The translations under genes and the position numbers were made by a program. A stretch of DNA of 62,848 bases, counting the filler. It is 4 parts of 4 records of this genome, joined end to end, with 100 filler letters (N's around TTAATTAATTAA, not from the genome) between each part and the next. Parts side by side here need not be neighbours in the genome. Positions count along the whole stretch, not along the records: positions 16,370 to 37,623 come from DRR723986_17463; positions 37,724 to 53,624 come from DRR723986_17552; 2 more parts are not named here. The stretch is one strand, 5' to 3'. The notes below the pieces were generated by a model. That model was not told the DNA's origin and did not search any database. It was given only the letters and a program-made list of their open reading frames with translations. Of this stretch, positions 28,461-39,050 are shown piece by piece. Positions within the stretch are counted from its first letter, which is position 1. Each line of letters opens with the position of its first letter.

Positions 28461-31400
28461 TTAAAATGAAACAGAAAGACCTGTATTGATTACTCTTGCT
28501 TGAGGATAATACTGTCCTGTAGAAGCATCTGACTCTGGATCATACACTTTCGTCTTACTCCAGGTGATTAAGTTCAGTCCATTTACATATAAACGAGCAT
28601 TTTTGATTCCTATTTTCTCTGTAAGAGTAGCAGGAATATTATAGCCTATCTCTACGTTTTTCAATCTCAAGTAGTCAGATGGTCTAAACCAATAATCATT
28701 ACCTCCAGACCAATACTGATCATTTCTGTTGGCAAGTCTTGGCTCTGTGCTGCTTGGATTGTCGATTGTCCATCTTCCATCATAGATATCGGATAGGTAG
28801 TTACCAATGTTTCCAGACTCACCAGCGCTTATATACTGTCTTGCTCCTAAAGAGCCTTGGAATAGAATCGCTAGATCAAAGCCTTTCCAGTTTGCTCCTA
28901 AGTTAATTCCACCTTGAAACAGTGGGATTGTATTATTATCCAATCGTACTCTATCATCAGGAGTAATTTTTCCATCACCATTGTAATCCTTATATTTCAT
29001 ATCACCCGGTCTTAGATTGCCTGTGATAGCAGAATAATCTAAAGTCTCCGAATCAATGGATTGCTGATCTGGGAAGACACCATCGTACTGATAAACTAGG
29101 GCTGTGCCCATTGGTCTGCCAGTGGATTGTTGCCACTCAGGCGCTCCTGGAGACTCATCCCAGAACAAAATTGAATTCTTAGCATAGCCTCCATTTATAC
29201 TAGCTGTATATTGGAACTCACCTTTTCCTCCTCTAATACCCAGATTCAAGTCAAATCCTTTGTTTTCCACTTCTCCAATATTCTCAGCAGGTAAAGAAAG
29301 ACCTGTTGTCTGAGGGACGGATGCATTTCTCTGCCAAAGGATATTCGTACGCTTGTTGTAGAACAAATCAAACTCGAAGAATATTTTTCCTTGAAGGAAC
29401 TGACCTTCAAAACCTAAGTTAGAGTTGTTAGCTACTTCCCAAGTAATTGCTTGGTTAGGAACTCTTGTTTCATAGAGAGTTTTAGTTTCAGCACCACCAA
29501 CTATATAAGAGCTAAAGCCATAAGTTGACAAGAATTGATATTCACCAATCTGATCGTTTCCTAGCTGACCCCAAGAACCTCTAACCTTGAAGAAATCAAA
29601 GGTTTTTCCTAAAGAATTTTTCCAGAAATTTTCTTCAGAAACAACCCATCCGAGCATTAAGCCAGGAAAGAAACCAAATCGGGTGTCTTCAGGGAAGATG
29701 TACGAACCATCATATCTCCAAAGAAACTCGGCTAGATACTTTTCCTTGTAGTTATATGCCACTCTACCGAAGTAGTTCAGACGTGCTCTATTGAAAGCTC
29801 CGCCACTATTATCTTTTTGAAGATCGCCACCAGCAAATAGTTGATCAATTGCTGTGGAGATGAAGAACCTTCTGTAAGCACTGAAGTTATTTCCTTCAAT
29901 TGTTTCGCGGTTCACACCAGCAACCAAATTAATGGTATGCACGTCATTAAAAGTCTTATCGTAATTCAAGACACCTCCTAAAAGGATATTCAGTTGATTT
30001 GAATTAGACTCATTTAGATTTGGCTCAGCTGGACCTCTTTTACTCGGAACCAATACTGGAGTTACGCCATCTGCCTCGAAGCCATTTCCTTTTTGGTACA
30101 AAGTCCAAGGAATTTGCCATCTTTTAGTGGTCTGTATATATTTATCAATGGCTGCAGTACCAGTAAATTTCAATCCTTCAACTCCAGGAATTTTGATTTC
30201 CAAGGTACCCGTGGTCTGAATATAATCACGCTTATCATTATCATATCCAGTTTGGTTAGTAGTAATCACCACTGGATTTTGACCATTTTCAATATCTGGT
30301 CCTGGTTTGCCATTTGGCCAGTAAGCAGGCTGATTTGGCTTACCTCTCATTTGCATACGGAAGATCGCTCCGGCCCCTACAGTAGGGAAAAACCTAAATT
30401 CCTCTCTCGCTAAGATTCCCAAACCAACTTTCATATACTTATTGATATTAGCATCTAGGTTGATACGGAAATCATATTGTTTGTAGCCGGTAGCTGCATC
30501 TTTATAGTATGCATCTTGATTTTGGTAGCCCAAAGAAGTCAAGTATTTCACATTTTCGCTACCACCTACCAACTGTAGATTGTATCTGCTTTGAGGAGAC
30601 CAATTTTTAAGTGTTTCACCATACCAATCCGTGTTAGGATAATTCCATGGGTCAGTACCGTTTCTATACAACTCTAATTCATCAGGCGAATAAGGAGCAG
30701 TTCTTACCTGACCATTTGGTCTGGTGTATTCACCATTTTGCTTATAAGCTTGATTTGCAGCTGCCCACTCACTCGTTGGGAGTTCGTAGATATTGATTTC
30801 ATTCAATGCATTAGCATACTCAGCAGCATTTAATAGCCCTGGAAGTAATGCTGGCTGAGCAAATCCCTGGTTTACTTGGAATGTCAATTCTGGAGCACCA
30901 GTAGTACCTCTCTTGGTTGTTACTAGAATTACACCATTTGCTGCTCTTGATCCGTAGATCGCCGCGGATGCATCCTTCAATACGGAGATATTCTCAATGT
31001 CATTTGGATTCAATCGCTCCAAACCACCAGCTCTTGCTGGAATACCATCGATTACTACCAAGGCATTGTTGTTACCTAAGGTATTGGAACCACGAATTCT
31101 AATGCCTGATCCATCATAACCTGGTTCACCACTTCTGTTTACAGCTACCACACCAGCCATACGACCAGCGATTGAGTTAGATAGGTTCATGGCAGGAGAT
31201 TTCACGAGCTCCTTACCTTTTACCGTGGCTACTGAACCTGTAATCGTTTCCTTTTTCTGCTCACCATAACCTACCACGATAACCTCTTCCAAGGATTTTG
31301 TGTCAGGCATCAAGGTTAGATCAAAAGTAGATCTGTCTCCTACGGGAACTTCCATATTGGTGAAACCAATAAAAGATAAAACCAGAATATCAGAAGGACC

Positions 31401-31619
31401 TGATACAGTAAGAGTGAATTTACCATCAATATCAGTGACGGTACCGTTTGTTGTGCCTTTGACAAGAACAGAGGCACCAGGCAGAGGTAAATTATCCTCT
31501 CCTGAAATTACCACACCAGACACCTCCCGGGTCTGTGCGAATGCAGTGCTAAGTAGCCCTAGACAAAAAATGATTGTCAGACTAAATAGCTTTAAATGAG
31601 TAAAGTTTCTCATTGGCAT
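28461..31619 (-). CDS. susC: SusC/RagA TonB-dependent transporter
   Basis: PLPGASVLVKGT, EEVIVVGYG, VLKDASAAIYGSRAANGVILVTTKRG, RYDGS, YLRLKN, C-terminal F. Confidence 0.96.
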   Translation of the reverse strand: MPMRNFTHLKLFSLTIIFCLGLLSTAFAQTREVSGVVISGEDNLPLPGASVLVKGTTNGTVTDIDGKFTLTVSGPSDILVLSFIGFTNMEVPVGDRSTFDLTLMPDTKSLEEVIVVGYGEQKKETITGSVATVKGKELVKSPAMNLSNSIAGRMAGVVAVNRSGEPGYDGSGIRIRGSNTLGNNNALVVIDGIPARAGGLERLNPNDIENISVLKDASAAIYGSRAANGVILVTTKRGTTGAPELTFQVNQGFAQPALLPGLLNAAEYANALNEINIYELPTSEWAAANQAYKQNGEYTRPNGQVRTAPYSPDELELYRNGTDPWNYPNTDWYGETLKNWSPQSRYNLQLVGGSENVKYLTSLGYQNQDAYYKDAATGYKQYDFRINLDANINKYMKVGLGILAREEFRFFPTVGAGAIFRMQMRGKPNQPAYWPNGKPGPDIENGQNPVVITTNQTGYDNDKRDYIQTTGTLEIKIPGVEGLKFTGTAAIDKYIQTTKRWQIPWTLYQKGNGFEADGVTPVLVPSKRGPAEPNLNESNSNQLNILLGGVLNYDKTFNDVHTINLVAGVNRETIEGNNFSAYRRFFISTAIDQLFAGGDLQKDNSGGAFNRARLNYFGRVAYNYKEKYLAEFLWRYDGSYIFPEDTRFGFFPGLMLGWVVSEENFWKNSLGKTFDFFKVRGSWGQLGNDQIGEYQFLSTYGFSSYIVGGAETKTLYETRVPNQAITWEVANNSNLGFEGQFLQGKIFFEFDLFYNKRTNILWQRNASVPQTTGLSLPAENIGEVENKGFDLNLGIRGGKGEFQYTASINGGYAKNSILFWDESPGAPEWQQSTGRPMGTALVYQYDGVFPDQQSIDSETLDYSAITGNLRPGDMKYKDYNGDGKITPDDRVRLDNNTIPLFQGGINLGANWKGFDLAILFQGSLGARQYISAGESGNIGNYLSDIYDGRWTIDNPSSTEPRLANRNDQYWSGGNDYWFRPSDYLRLKNVEIGYNIPATLTEKIGIKNARLYVNGLNLITWSKTKVYDPESDASTGQYYPQARVINTGLSVSF

Positions 31620-31871
31620 AGGGGTTTATTATTAATTAATAAAATTTAACAATTCAATTTCCGCCTATGCTTTGGCAAAAGCAAGCTGTTTTTTGCTAAT
31701 AATTGACTGAATTTTGACTCAATTGGGGCTCAACTATAGTCTTAACAGCTCAATATTGTGTTATTTGGTGAAAAGTTGTATAATAGCTATATGTCAACTG
31801 AAAGACATAGTGCTAGCCACCCCCTAAAAATAGCCCTGAATTAGGATGCAATCGATTTCTAAAAGTGATTT

Positions 31872-32525
31872 CTACAATCGGTTGACTACAGCTTTTTTAG
31901 GAATTTTTAAAGACCACATTCCTCTCAATTGTCCCAGTCCAAAACCTCTTGCCAAATCATTCGGATAAAGAGAATCTATTTTATCTAAAAGCTCTACTTC
32001 TATATCATTCTTCACCTCGCCATGGCATGCCAAACAAAATTCCGAAGGAATAACAATTGCCTTAGTATAAAGTAAAATATCTCCGCCTTCAATTTTTTGA
32101 ATATTCGGCTCATTTTCTATGCTGTTTTCTACATTATATTGATATGCATCTAGGATTTGAGATTCCTCTGTTGTTGGTAGGTTAGCTTGATTCCTTGCAC
32201 GGAAAGAAGTTCTACGGATTTGCACACCATATTTCTCACTTAGCTCGCTGACAATCGGCGCTGCATTTACATTACAAAAACTAATAGCACCTCCAAACCC
32301 TTTTTCTTCAACTGCTTTTTGTAGGCTGGACATTAATTGTTGTTGCGCTACGGTACTTATGGAGTCTCCCCAAATCAATGCTTCTTGCGTAATTTGGGCT
32401 TCTGAAAGTTTTTTTGCATCCATAGAATTATTCACTTTGTCAAATACCTCTTTGGAAATACGCTCTCGAGGGCCACAGGAAACCAGAAAAACAATGGCCA
32501 AAAGAAAATATGGGAAATGCTTCAT
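31872..32525 (-). CDS. DUF3365-type c-type heme lipoprotein
   Basis: Lipobox LVSC; AISFCN, IRRTS.RARN..N.P, CLACH, YPNDLARGF..GQLRGMWS; start ATG 32525. Confidence 0.82.
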   Translation of the reverse strand: MKHFPYFLLAIVFLVSCGPRERISKEVFDKVNNSMDAKKLSEAQITQEALIWGDSISTVAQQQLMSSLQKAVEEKGFGGAISFCNVNAAPIVSELSEKYGVQIRRTSFRARNQANLPTTEESQILDAYQYNVENSIENEPNIQKIEGGDILLYTKAIVIPSEFCLACHGEVKNDIEVELLDKIDSLYPNDLARGFGLGQLRGMWSLKIPKKAVVNRL

Positions 32526-32671
32526 GAGATTGAGTAGTATAGGGAATATAAATTTACTAATCATTATTGGCTTTTTATTTAAGCTGCCAGAAACGCTCTA
32601 AGTTAATTCGTCCAAGTGGCAAGGATCACTTTGAGAAGACTTTAAATAACTTATTTTTGTTTTATTCAATT

Positions 32672-35488
32672 ATGAAGATGCAAAAAATCGTAGGTCTGTT
32701 TTTTTTAGGGATGCTGCTTAGCACGCAGCTTTTTTCCCAAACTTGGGCCAGAATGCAAAGCTGGGGCCTTGACCTTGAAGCCATTATCTGGGTGGATGAA
32801 AATGTAGGGTACAGCGTTGGTGAAAACCTGATAATTAAAACAGCAGATGGCGGTACTACTTGGCAAGAATTACAGGTAAGTTATGAGGGAAAACTTCTTG
32901 ATGTAGCCTTTTGGGATGAAAGTACAGGAGTTGCAGTGGGAGAGAATGGCTTAATTCTGAAAACTCAAAACTCTGGAAATTCTTGGGCTTCAATTCCATC
33001 AGGAATTACACAATCCTTGAAAAATGTAGAAATAGCTTCTGAGAATAAAATACTCGCAATTTCCGAAGGGGGCCAAATTCTCGTCTCTAATAATAAAGGA
33101 GAAACTTGGGCACAGCAAACTTCTGGGACTACCCAGAGCTTGAATGACCTCAGCTTTGTCAATACTGACACTGCCTATATAGCCGGGGATCAGGGTGTGA
33201 TTTTGAGAACATATAATGGAGGTAGTCAATGGTCCACATTGAATTCTGGCCTCTCCTCAAATCTTAATGGAATTGCTTTTTCAACATCTTTAATAGGCTA
33301 TGCTGTCGGGGACGCTGGAATTGTCCTGAAGACTTTGGATGGTGGAGAAAACTGGTTGCCTCAAAATTCGCCAGTAACCACTGATTTGAAGAAAGTCGCT
33401 ATTAGCCCTTTAGATAATCGTATTGTTGCAATTGTAGGGGATTCGGCCACCGCGCTCCGTTCTACTAATTCTGGAGCCACATTTGGAAAAGCAAATCTAG
33501 GCACCACGAACATCAGAAATGTCAAAGGTTTACATTTTAAGCCTGCTAGCAATCTAGTATATGCAGTTGGACAGGATGGCTACATGATTTCTTCAACTAA
33601 TGCCGGAAGTAGCTATACCCAGCGACTGGCAGGTATCCGAAATGATTTCTCTGGAATTGATTTTAAAACAGATCGGGTGGGACACATTATCGGCCAGCAA
33701 GGTGCCGTTTATGTGACCTCCAATGGAGCCACCACTGTTGTTTCCAGACCAATTAATGAGCCTCTAGATTTGGTGGGATTAGATTACTGGAATAACTCTT
33801 TTGGCTATGTAGGGTCAAGCGCAGGTAAAATATTCAGAACATCAAACAGCGGATCCACTTGGGTTCCTGTGCCAGCTCAAACTGCAGAAACCATTACTGG
33901 ATTTTACCTATTCGCCCCCTCTGTTTTATATGTCACTGGGACCAATGGCTATATAGCCAGATCATTTGACTCCGGCGGAACTTGGGATGCAGCTGGAATT
34001 CAAACGAACACCACTGAAAACTTACGAGACGTTACTTATTTTGATTATCAGGTAGGGTTTGCCATGGGTGATAATGGGCAAATCAGCTGGACAAATGGAG
34101 GAAATACTTGGGAAAATCTTCCAAAGTTGACATCCGAAAATTTAAATGCGCTTTCAAAATTAGATTCTTCCACTGCCATAATAGTAGGTGACGCTGGGGT
34201 TATTCTCAAGTCTGAGGATATGGCAAAATCCTGGCGAAAGATTGATGTTCCCTATACTGAGAATTTCACTTCAGTAGACTTTTGGGATAAATACCTGGGA
34301 TTTATATCAGGAGAAAATGGCTTGATTTTGCAGACAAAAGACGGAGGAGAATCTTGGATACAAATTCCAACAGGTACAGGTCGAAACCTTTCCGGAGTAA
34401 GTGTGGGAACTCCGACTGTTGCCTTTGCCGTGGGAGATGATGGGACAATTTTGAGGTATGAATGTATTCAACCTACCGATCTTTCGGAGATTATCGGAGA
34501 AGGTCAACTTTGCCAAACGATAGGGCAATATGCGATAACAGATGCTGCTATTCCCGGCGCCCAGCTCGTCTGGCGTGTAGATGGAGGAGAAATTATTTCA
34601 GGCCAAGGTACCTCTGAGATAGAGGTGTTGTGGAATACACCTGGAAGAAATGGGGTATTTGTGAGCATGGAGAATTTTTGCGGAAATGGAAGTACATCTT
34701 CTCTGGAAGTTATTGTGTCTGCTAGTCCAACATCAACTATTCAGATATCAGGAAATGGCTCTGTTTGTATGGAAGATGTCGAGCTTTACTCTGTCCCAAA
34801 TCAACCGGGTATAACTTATACATGGGAGATAAACGGAGGGGAAATTACTCAAGGGCAAGGTACTTCTCAAATTCAGGTAAAATGGATTACTTCCGGAAGT
34901 CAAAGGATAGCTTTGATCCAAGAAAATCAATGTGGAAAGGCTGATCCAGTCGAAAAGCCTATAAGCGTAAATATGCCGCCAGATCAGCCCGGAGAAATAC
35001 AAGGTGAGATACAAACTGGGCTTTGGCAAGTAGAATATTCTGTTCCAAGTCAGGAATCTGTAAATTTCAAATGGAGTATTTCAAATGAAGGAGGCTCGAT
35101 TCTGCAAGGGCAAGGAACTGAAAAAGTTACTGTCCTTTGGGAAAAGGAAGGAGATTTTCAGCTTAGTGTGACTCCTGAAAATGAATGCAATAATGGAGTA
35201 GCCAGAATCTTAAATGTCAATGTAAATGTGATTACTGCCTTGCCGGAGAAAGAGGATTTGGATGTAAACATTTTCCCAAATCCTTCTTCAGGAGCAATTA
35301 AAGTGCAATTGGGAGCTGGTAATTATAAGAGCATCCAAGTCATAAATGCCTTTGGACAAATCATCCAATCAATCGATTTAGCAAATGGCACAAAGGAAAT
35401 CACGCTGGAAAATCTGCCTAGAGGAATGAATTTGATCCAGCTCCATACTGAATCAAGTGTAGTAATCAGGAAAGTGATTGTTAATTAA
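32672..35488 (+). CDS. YCF48/BNR double-propeller protein with PKD-like Ig repeats and T9SS CTD
   Basis: Many (K/R)TxDGGxxW repeats; three GGxI..GQGT..I.V.W Ig repeats; IFPNPSSG...RKVIVN; start ATG 32672. Confidence 0.87.
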   Translation: MKMQKIVGLFFLGMLLSTQLFSQTWARMQSWGLDLEAIIWVDENVGYSVGENLIIKTADGGTTWQELQVSYEGKLLDVAFWDESTGVAVGENGLILKTQNSGNSWASIPSGITQSLKNVEIASENKILAISEGGQILVSNNKGETWAQQTSGTTQSLNDLSFVNTDTAYIAGDQGVILRTYNGGSQWSTLNSGLSSNLNGIAFSTSLIGYAVGDAGIVLKTLDGGENWLPQNSPVTTDLKKVAISPLDNRIVAIVGDSATALRSTNSGATFGKANLGTTNIRNVKGLHFKPASNLVYAVGQDGYMISSTNAGSSYTQRLAGIRNDFSGIDFKTDRVGHIIGQQGAVYVTSNGATTVVSRPINEPLDLVGLDYWNNSFGYVGSSAGKIFRTSNSGSTWVPVPAQTAETITGFYLFAPSVLYVTGTNGYIARSFDSGGTWDAAGIQTNTTENLRDVTYFDYQVGFAMGDNGQISWTNGGNTWENLPKLTSENLNALSKLDSSTAIIVGDAGVILKSEDMAKSWRKIDVPYTENFTSVDFWDKYLGFISGENGLILQTKDGGESWIQIPTGTGRNLSGVSVGTPTVAFAVGDDGTILRYECIQPTDLSEIIGEGQLCQTIGQYAITDAAIPGAQLVWRVDGGEIISGQGTSEIEVLWNTPGRNGVFVSMENFCGNGSTSSLEVIVSASPTSTIQISGNGSVCMEDVELYSVPNQPGITYTWEINGGEITQGQGTSQIQVKWITSGSQRIALIQENQCGKADPVEKPISVNMPPDQPGEIQGEIQTGLWQVEYSVPSQESVNFKWSISNEGGSILQGQGTEKVTVLWEKEGDFQLSVTPENECNNGVARILNVNVNVITALPEKEDLDVNIFPNPSSGAIKVQLGAGNYKSIQVINAFGQIIQSIDLANGTKEITLENLPRGMNLIQLHTESSVVIRKVIVN

Positions 35489-35507
35489 TTAGGCTAAAGG
35501 CCGAAAA

Positions 35508-36032
35508 TTATTGCTCTCCGCGAATGTTAACATATTGGAAAATATCCCCCACAGTGGAGTTTTTCACGAATGCTTTTTTCAAGATAGCCTCAGGGAAATA
35601 TCCGGCTTTCTCCAATACATTCATGGATTGGCCATTGAAATCATAGACTTGAGCAAAGATTCGCTCAATGTCAAATTTCTCAAAAATGTACTTAGTGTAA
35701 AGTTTTACAGCTTCAGTAGCGATTCCCTTTCCCCAAAAAGGCTCACCTACCCAGAATCCTAATTCCATATTGGTGCGGAGCTCATCTTTCCCTCTATCTG
35801 ATCCCACTGATCCAGCTAGCCTTCCTTCAAACTCCACAGCAAAATTTTGTGGAGGGTTATATTTTTGATTGTGCTCTATCCAGTGACGAGCATCATGAAT
35901 CGTATAAGGCTGAGGATAACTGTCCTTCAGATTCATTGCAATCTTGGGATTATTGGCCAAAGGATAGAGTTGGTGAAAATGAGCCTCATTCCAGGTCACT
36001 AATCTTATTTCTCTTTCTCCGGTGATAATCAT
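35508..36032 (-). CDS. RimJ/RimL-type GNAT acetyltransferase
   Basis: ANNPKIAMNLKDSYPQPYT, ELGFWVGEPFWGKGIATEA, SMNVLEKAGY. Confidence 0.88.
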   Translation of the reverse strand: MIITGEREIRLVTWNEAHFHQLYPLANNPKIAMNLKDSYPQPYTIHDARHWIEHNQKYNPPQNFAVEFEGRLAGSVGSDRGKDELRTNMELGFWVGEPFWGKGIATEAVKLYTKYIFEKFDIERIFAQVYDFNGQSMNVLEKAGYFPEAILKKAFVKNSTVGDIFQYVNIRGEQ

Positions 36033-36116
36033 AAAAGTCTGATGGTTAATTCTTCAAGATAATAGGCTAATCGCAGAATCAATAAAATTCAAGAGTAATT
36101 TATACAATTCTTAAGC

Positions 36117-37196
36117 CTAATCTTCTAATCCGCTGGTATTCATTCGATCAAGATTTTCTGCAAATCGCAGAGCGGATATAAAATCCTCAATATGTCCATC
36201 CATTACCTCGGGGAGGTTATACACAGTTTTATTGATTCTATGATCCGTAACTCTTGATTGAGGGTAGTTGTAGGTTCTGATCTTGTCCGATCTGTCCCCG
36301 GAGCCAACCATAGATTTACGCTGTGCTCCTACTGCATCGTTGTGTTTGGCAAGCTCAATTTCATATAGCCTTGATCTCAATACTTTCAGTGCTTTCTCGA
36401 AGTTTTTGATCTGGGACTTTTCATCCTGACAGGTTACAATCAATCCTGATGGTTCGTGGGTTAAACGAACAGCGGAGTAGGTAGTGTTCACTGATTGTCC
36501 ACCAGGGCCAGAAGAACAGTATGTATCCTTTCGGACATCATTCATGTCGATATTTACTTCTACTTCATCCATCTCTGGTAAAACTGCCACAGATGCTGCC
36601 GAAGTATGAACTCTCCCTTGGGATTCCGTAGCCGGTACGCGTTGTACTCTGTGCACTCCAGATTCGTACTTCATCCGCCCATATACGTCATCTCCGCCTG
36701 AGATGGTGGCGATGATTTCTTTGTATCCTCCAGCAGAGCCAAAAGTCAAATCCAATACGGTCAGCTTTAAATTTTGCATTTCGCAGAAGCGCTCGTACAT
36801 ACGGAATAAATCGCCAGCAAAAATGGATGCTTCATCACCTCCGGCACCACCTCTAATCTCAAGGATACAATCTTTCGCATCATTGGGATCCTTAGGTATT
36901 AAAAGCTGCTTCAATTCATTCTCAAGCTCTTCTTTCTTTGGTCGTAATTCGTCTAGCTCTGCTTTGGCCATTTCTCTGAAATCAGGATCTTTTTCCTTAT
37001 CCAATAGCTCCTTTGAACTAGCAATATTTTGCAGTACTAAGCTGTATTCATTGTAGACATTTACAATTTTTTCCAAGTCCTTATATTCCTTGGTTAGTTT
37101 GGTGTACTTGCTCATATCGGCCATAGACTCAGGCATAATGATCAATTGACCTACTTCTTCGAAACGTTCTTTGATTGATTGTAATTTGTCTAGCAT
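36117..37196 (-). CDS. prfA: Peptide chain release factor 1
   Basis: GGQ (SSGPGGQSVN), PAT motif (RVPATESQGRVHTS), RTYNYPQSRVTDHRI; start ATG 37196. Confidence 0.97.
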   Translation of the reverse strand: MLDKLQSIKERFEEVGQLIIMPESMADMSKYTKLTKEYKDLEKIVNVYNEYSLVLQNIASSKELLDKEKDPDFREMAKAELDELRPKKEELENELKQLLIPKDPNDAKDCILEIRGGAGGDEASIFAGDLFRMYERFCEMQNLKLTVLDLTFGSAGGYKEIIATISGGDDVYGRMKYESGVHRVQRVPATESQGRVHTSAASVAVLPEMDEVEVNIDMNDVRKDTYCSSGPGGQSVNTTYSAVRLTHEPSGLIVTCQDEKSQIKNFEKALKVLRSRLYEIELAKHNDAVGAQRKSMVGSGDRSDKIRTYNYPQSRVTDHRINKTVYNLPEVMDGHIEDFISALRFAENLDRMNTSGLED

Positions 37197-37214
37197 AGTA
37201 TTTTTTTCGCTGCG

Positions 37215-37222
37215 CAAAAGTA
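37215..37222 (-). promoter_or_regulatory. Bacteroidota -7 promoter element for prfA
   Basis: TACTTTTG (TAnnTTTG) on the minus strand about 18 nt upstream of the ATG. Confidence 0.6.
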
Positions 37223-37310
37223 GGCAAATTTATCCGGAGGCAGAATATACATCCTAAGTAATAAATTTGAAAAGGAGTAGCGTTTTATACTACCAAATCG
37301 TCTCAGAGCT

Positions 37311-37535
37311 ATGAAACAGGTTCCGGTTTTACTCATTTTAATAATTTCCCTTTTTACCATGGCTTGTGAAAAGGAAGAGCCTAATAAGAGCTGCATTGAC
37401 AAAGACAAAATTAGGGAAGGGCCTTGCACTTTGGAATATGTTCCAGTTTGTGGATGTGATGGCAAAACCTATGGGAATGCTTGCGCTGCTGATATGGCAG
37501 GTGTTACTTCTTGGACTTTAGGTGCATGTAATTAA
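37311..37535 (+). CDS. Kazal-type protease inhibitor lipoprotein
   Basis: Lipobox TMAC; CTLEYVPVCGCDGKTYGNACAA...GAC. Confidence 0.88.
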   Translation: MKQVPVLLILIISLFTMACEKEEPNKSCIDKDKIREGPCTLEYVPVCGCDGKTYGNACAADMAGVTSWTLGACN

Positions 37536-37537
37536 AG

Positions 37538-37564
37538 AAGGCTGTCCGATTGGACAGCCTTTTA
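37538..37564 (+). terminator. Intrinsic terminator
   Basis: aaggctgtcc/ggacagcctt stem followed by a T run just after the Kazal stop codon. Confidence 0.8.
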
Positions 37565-37623
37565 TGTTATTCTACAGTTACAGATTTAGCCAAATTCCTA
37601 GGCTGATCTACGTTACAACCTCT

Positions 37624-37723
37624 NNNNNNNNNNNNNNNNNNNNNNNNNNNNNNNNNNNNNNNNNNNNTTAATTAATTAANNNNNNNNNNNNNNNNNNNNN
37701 NNNNNNNNNNNNNNNNNNNNNNN
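37624..37723. other. Artificial contig spacer
   Basis: N44-TTAATTAATTAA-N44. Confidence 0.98.
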
Positions 37724-37726
37724 ATT

Positions 37727-38890
37727 TCAGACTTTTTCAATCCAATCTACTCCTGTGTCCTTCCAAGCTCTCTCATTTGCAGAGTTGATTACAGCTTCGC
37801 AAACTTTCTGGGTCTCAAATGCATCTCTAAATGTAGGATGGCAAGCTTCGCCTGTTTCTAGGCTATGGAAGAAATCCGCCACTTGGTGAATAAACGAGTG
37901 CTCATACCCAATGGAAGTGCCAGGAATCCACCATCTATCCATGTATGGATGATCGCCATCAGTTACGTGAATAGATCTCCAGCCACGAACTTCTCCTTCG
38001 TCACTGTGATCAAAATACTCTAGACGAGTCAAATCATGTAAATCCCAGCGAATGGATGCATGCTCTCCGTTGATCTCAAAGGTATAAAGAGCCTTGTGTC
38101 CTCTCGCATAGCGAGTTGCCTCGAATAAGCCCAAGGAGCCGTTATCGAAATGACAATGGAATACACAGGCATCATCAATAGTTACTTTTTTCTTTTCTCC
38201 AGTGCCTTGATGTACGCGCTCTTTGATGAACGTTTCGGTCATAGCAGACACATCTTTAATTCCACCATTTAGCCACATGGCTGTATCAATGCAATGTGCA
38301 AGCAAATCGCCGGTAACACCTGAACCTGCAGCCTCTGCATCCAATCTCCAGAGCGCATCTCCACCTTGCGGCAGATCTGGGCTAATAGTCCAATCCTGAA
38401 GGAAGTTCGCGCGATAATGGAAGATCTGACCTAACTTACCAGAGGCAACGATTTTCTTAGCAAGTGTCACAGCTGGAACTCTTCTGTAATTGTACCAAAC
38501 AGTGTTTTTCACACCAGCTTTCTCCACAGCTTCCACCATTCCTTTTGCCTCAGCAACAGTTCTAGCAAGGGGTTTTTCGCAAAGAATCATCTTACCAGCT
38601 TCGGCAGCTGCAATAGCAATCTCAGCATGCGTATCGTTTGGTGTACAAATGTCCACCGCATCGATATCGTCTCTTTTTAGGAGCTCTCTCCAGTCAGTTT
38701 CTACAGATTTGTAGCCCCACTGATCTGCAAAGGCTTGAGCTTTTTCTTCTCTTCTGGAGCAACAAGCCTGCAATACTGGAACGTATTCGTACTCTGGAAA
38801 AAAGTCAGGAACTCTTTTATAACCATTGGTATGTATTCTGCCCATTAGTCCAGTACCGATGAGTCCTATTCTTATTTGCTTTTTATTCAT
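37727..38890 (-). CDS. Gfo/Idh/MocA oxidoreductase, levoglucosan dehydrogenase-like subfamily
   Basis: [70 protein letters not shown]. Confidence 0.85.
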   Translation of the reverse strand: MNKKQIRIGLIGTGLMGRIHTNGYKRVPDFFPEYEYVPVLQACCSRREEKAQAFADQWGYKSVETDWRELLKRDDIDAVDICTPNDTHAEIAIAAAEAGKMILCEKPLARTVAEAKGMVEAVEKAGVKNTVWYNYRRVPAVTLAKKIVASGKLGQIFHYRANFLQDWTISPDLPQGGDALWRLDAEAAGSGVTGDLLAHCIDTAMWLNGGIKDVSAMTETFIKERVHQGTGEKKKVTIDDACVFHCHFDNGSLGLFEATRYARGHKALYTFEINGEHASIRWDLHDLTRLEYFDHSDEGEVRGWRSIHVTDGDHPYMDRWWIPGTSIGYEHSFIHQVADFFHSLETGEACHPTFRDAFETQKVCEAVINSANERAWKDTGVDWIEKV

Positions 38891-39050
38891 AATTGTAAAA
38901 TTTTAAAATTGAAAGATTGGAAGATTGAGTTCACATGGTTTAAAAGTACGATAGTGGTAAAGTTTAGACTGAGAGGAGTTATAGTTTTGAAATTATAGTC
39001 AATACTATCTAAGCTCTCGTAAATCGTAATTCGTACTTCTCAAATCATTC

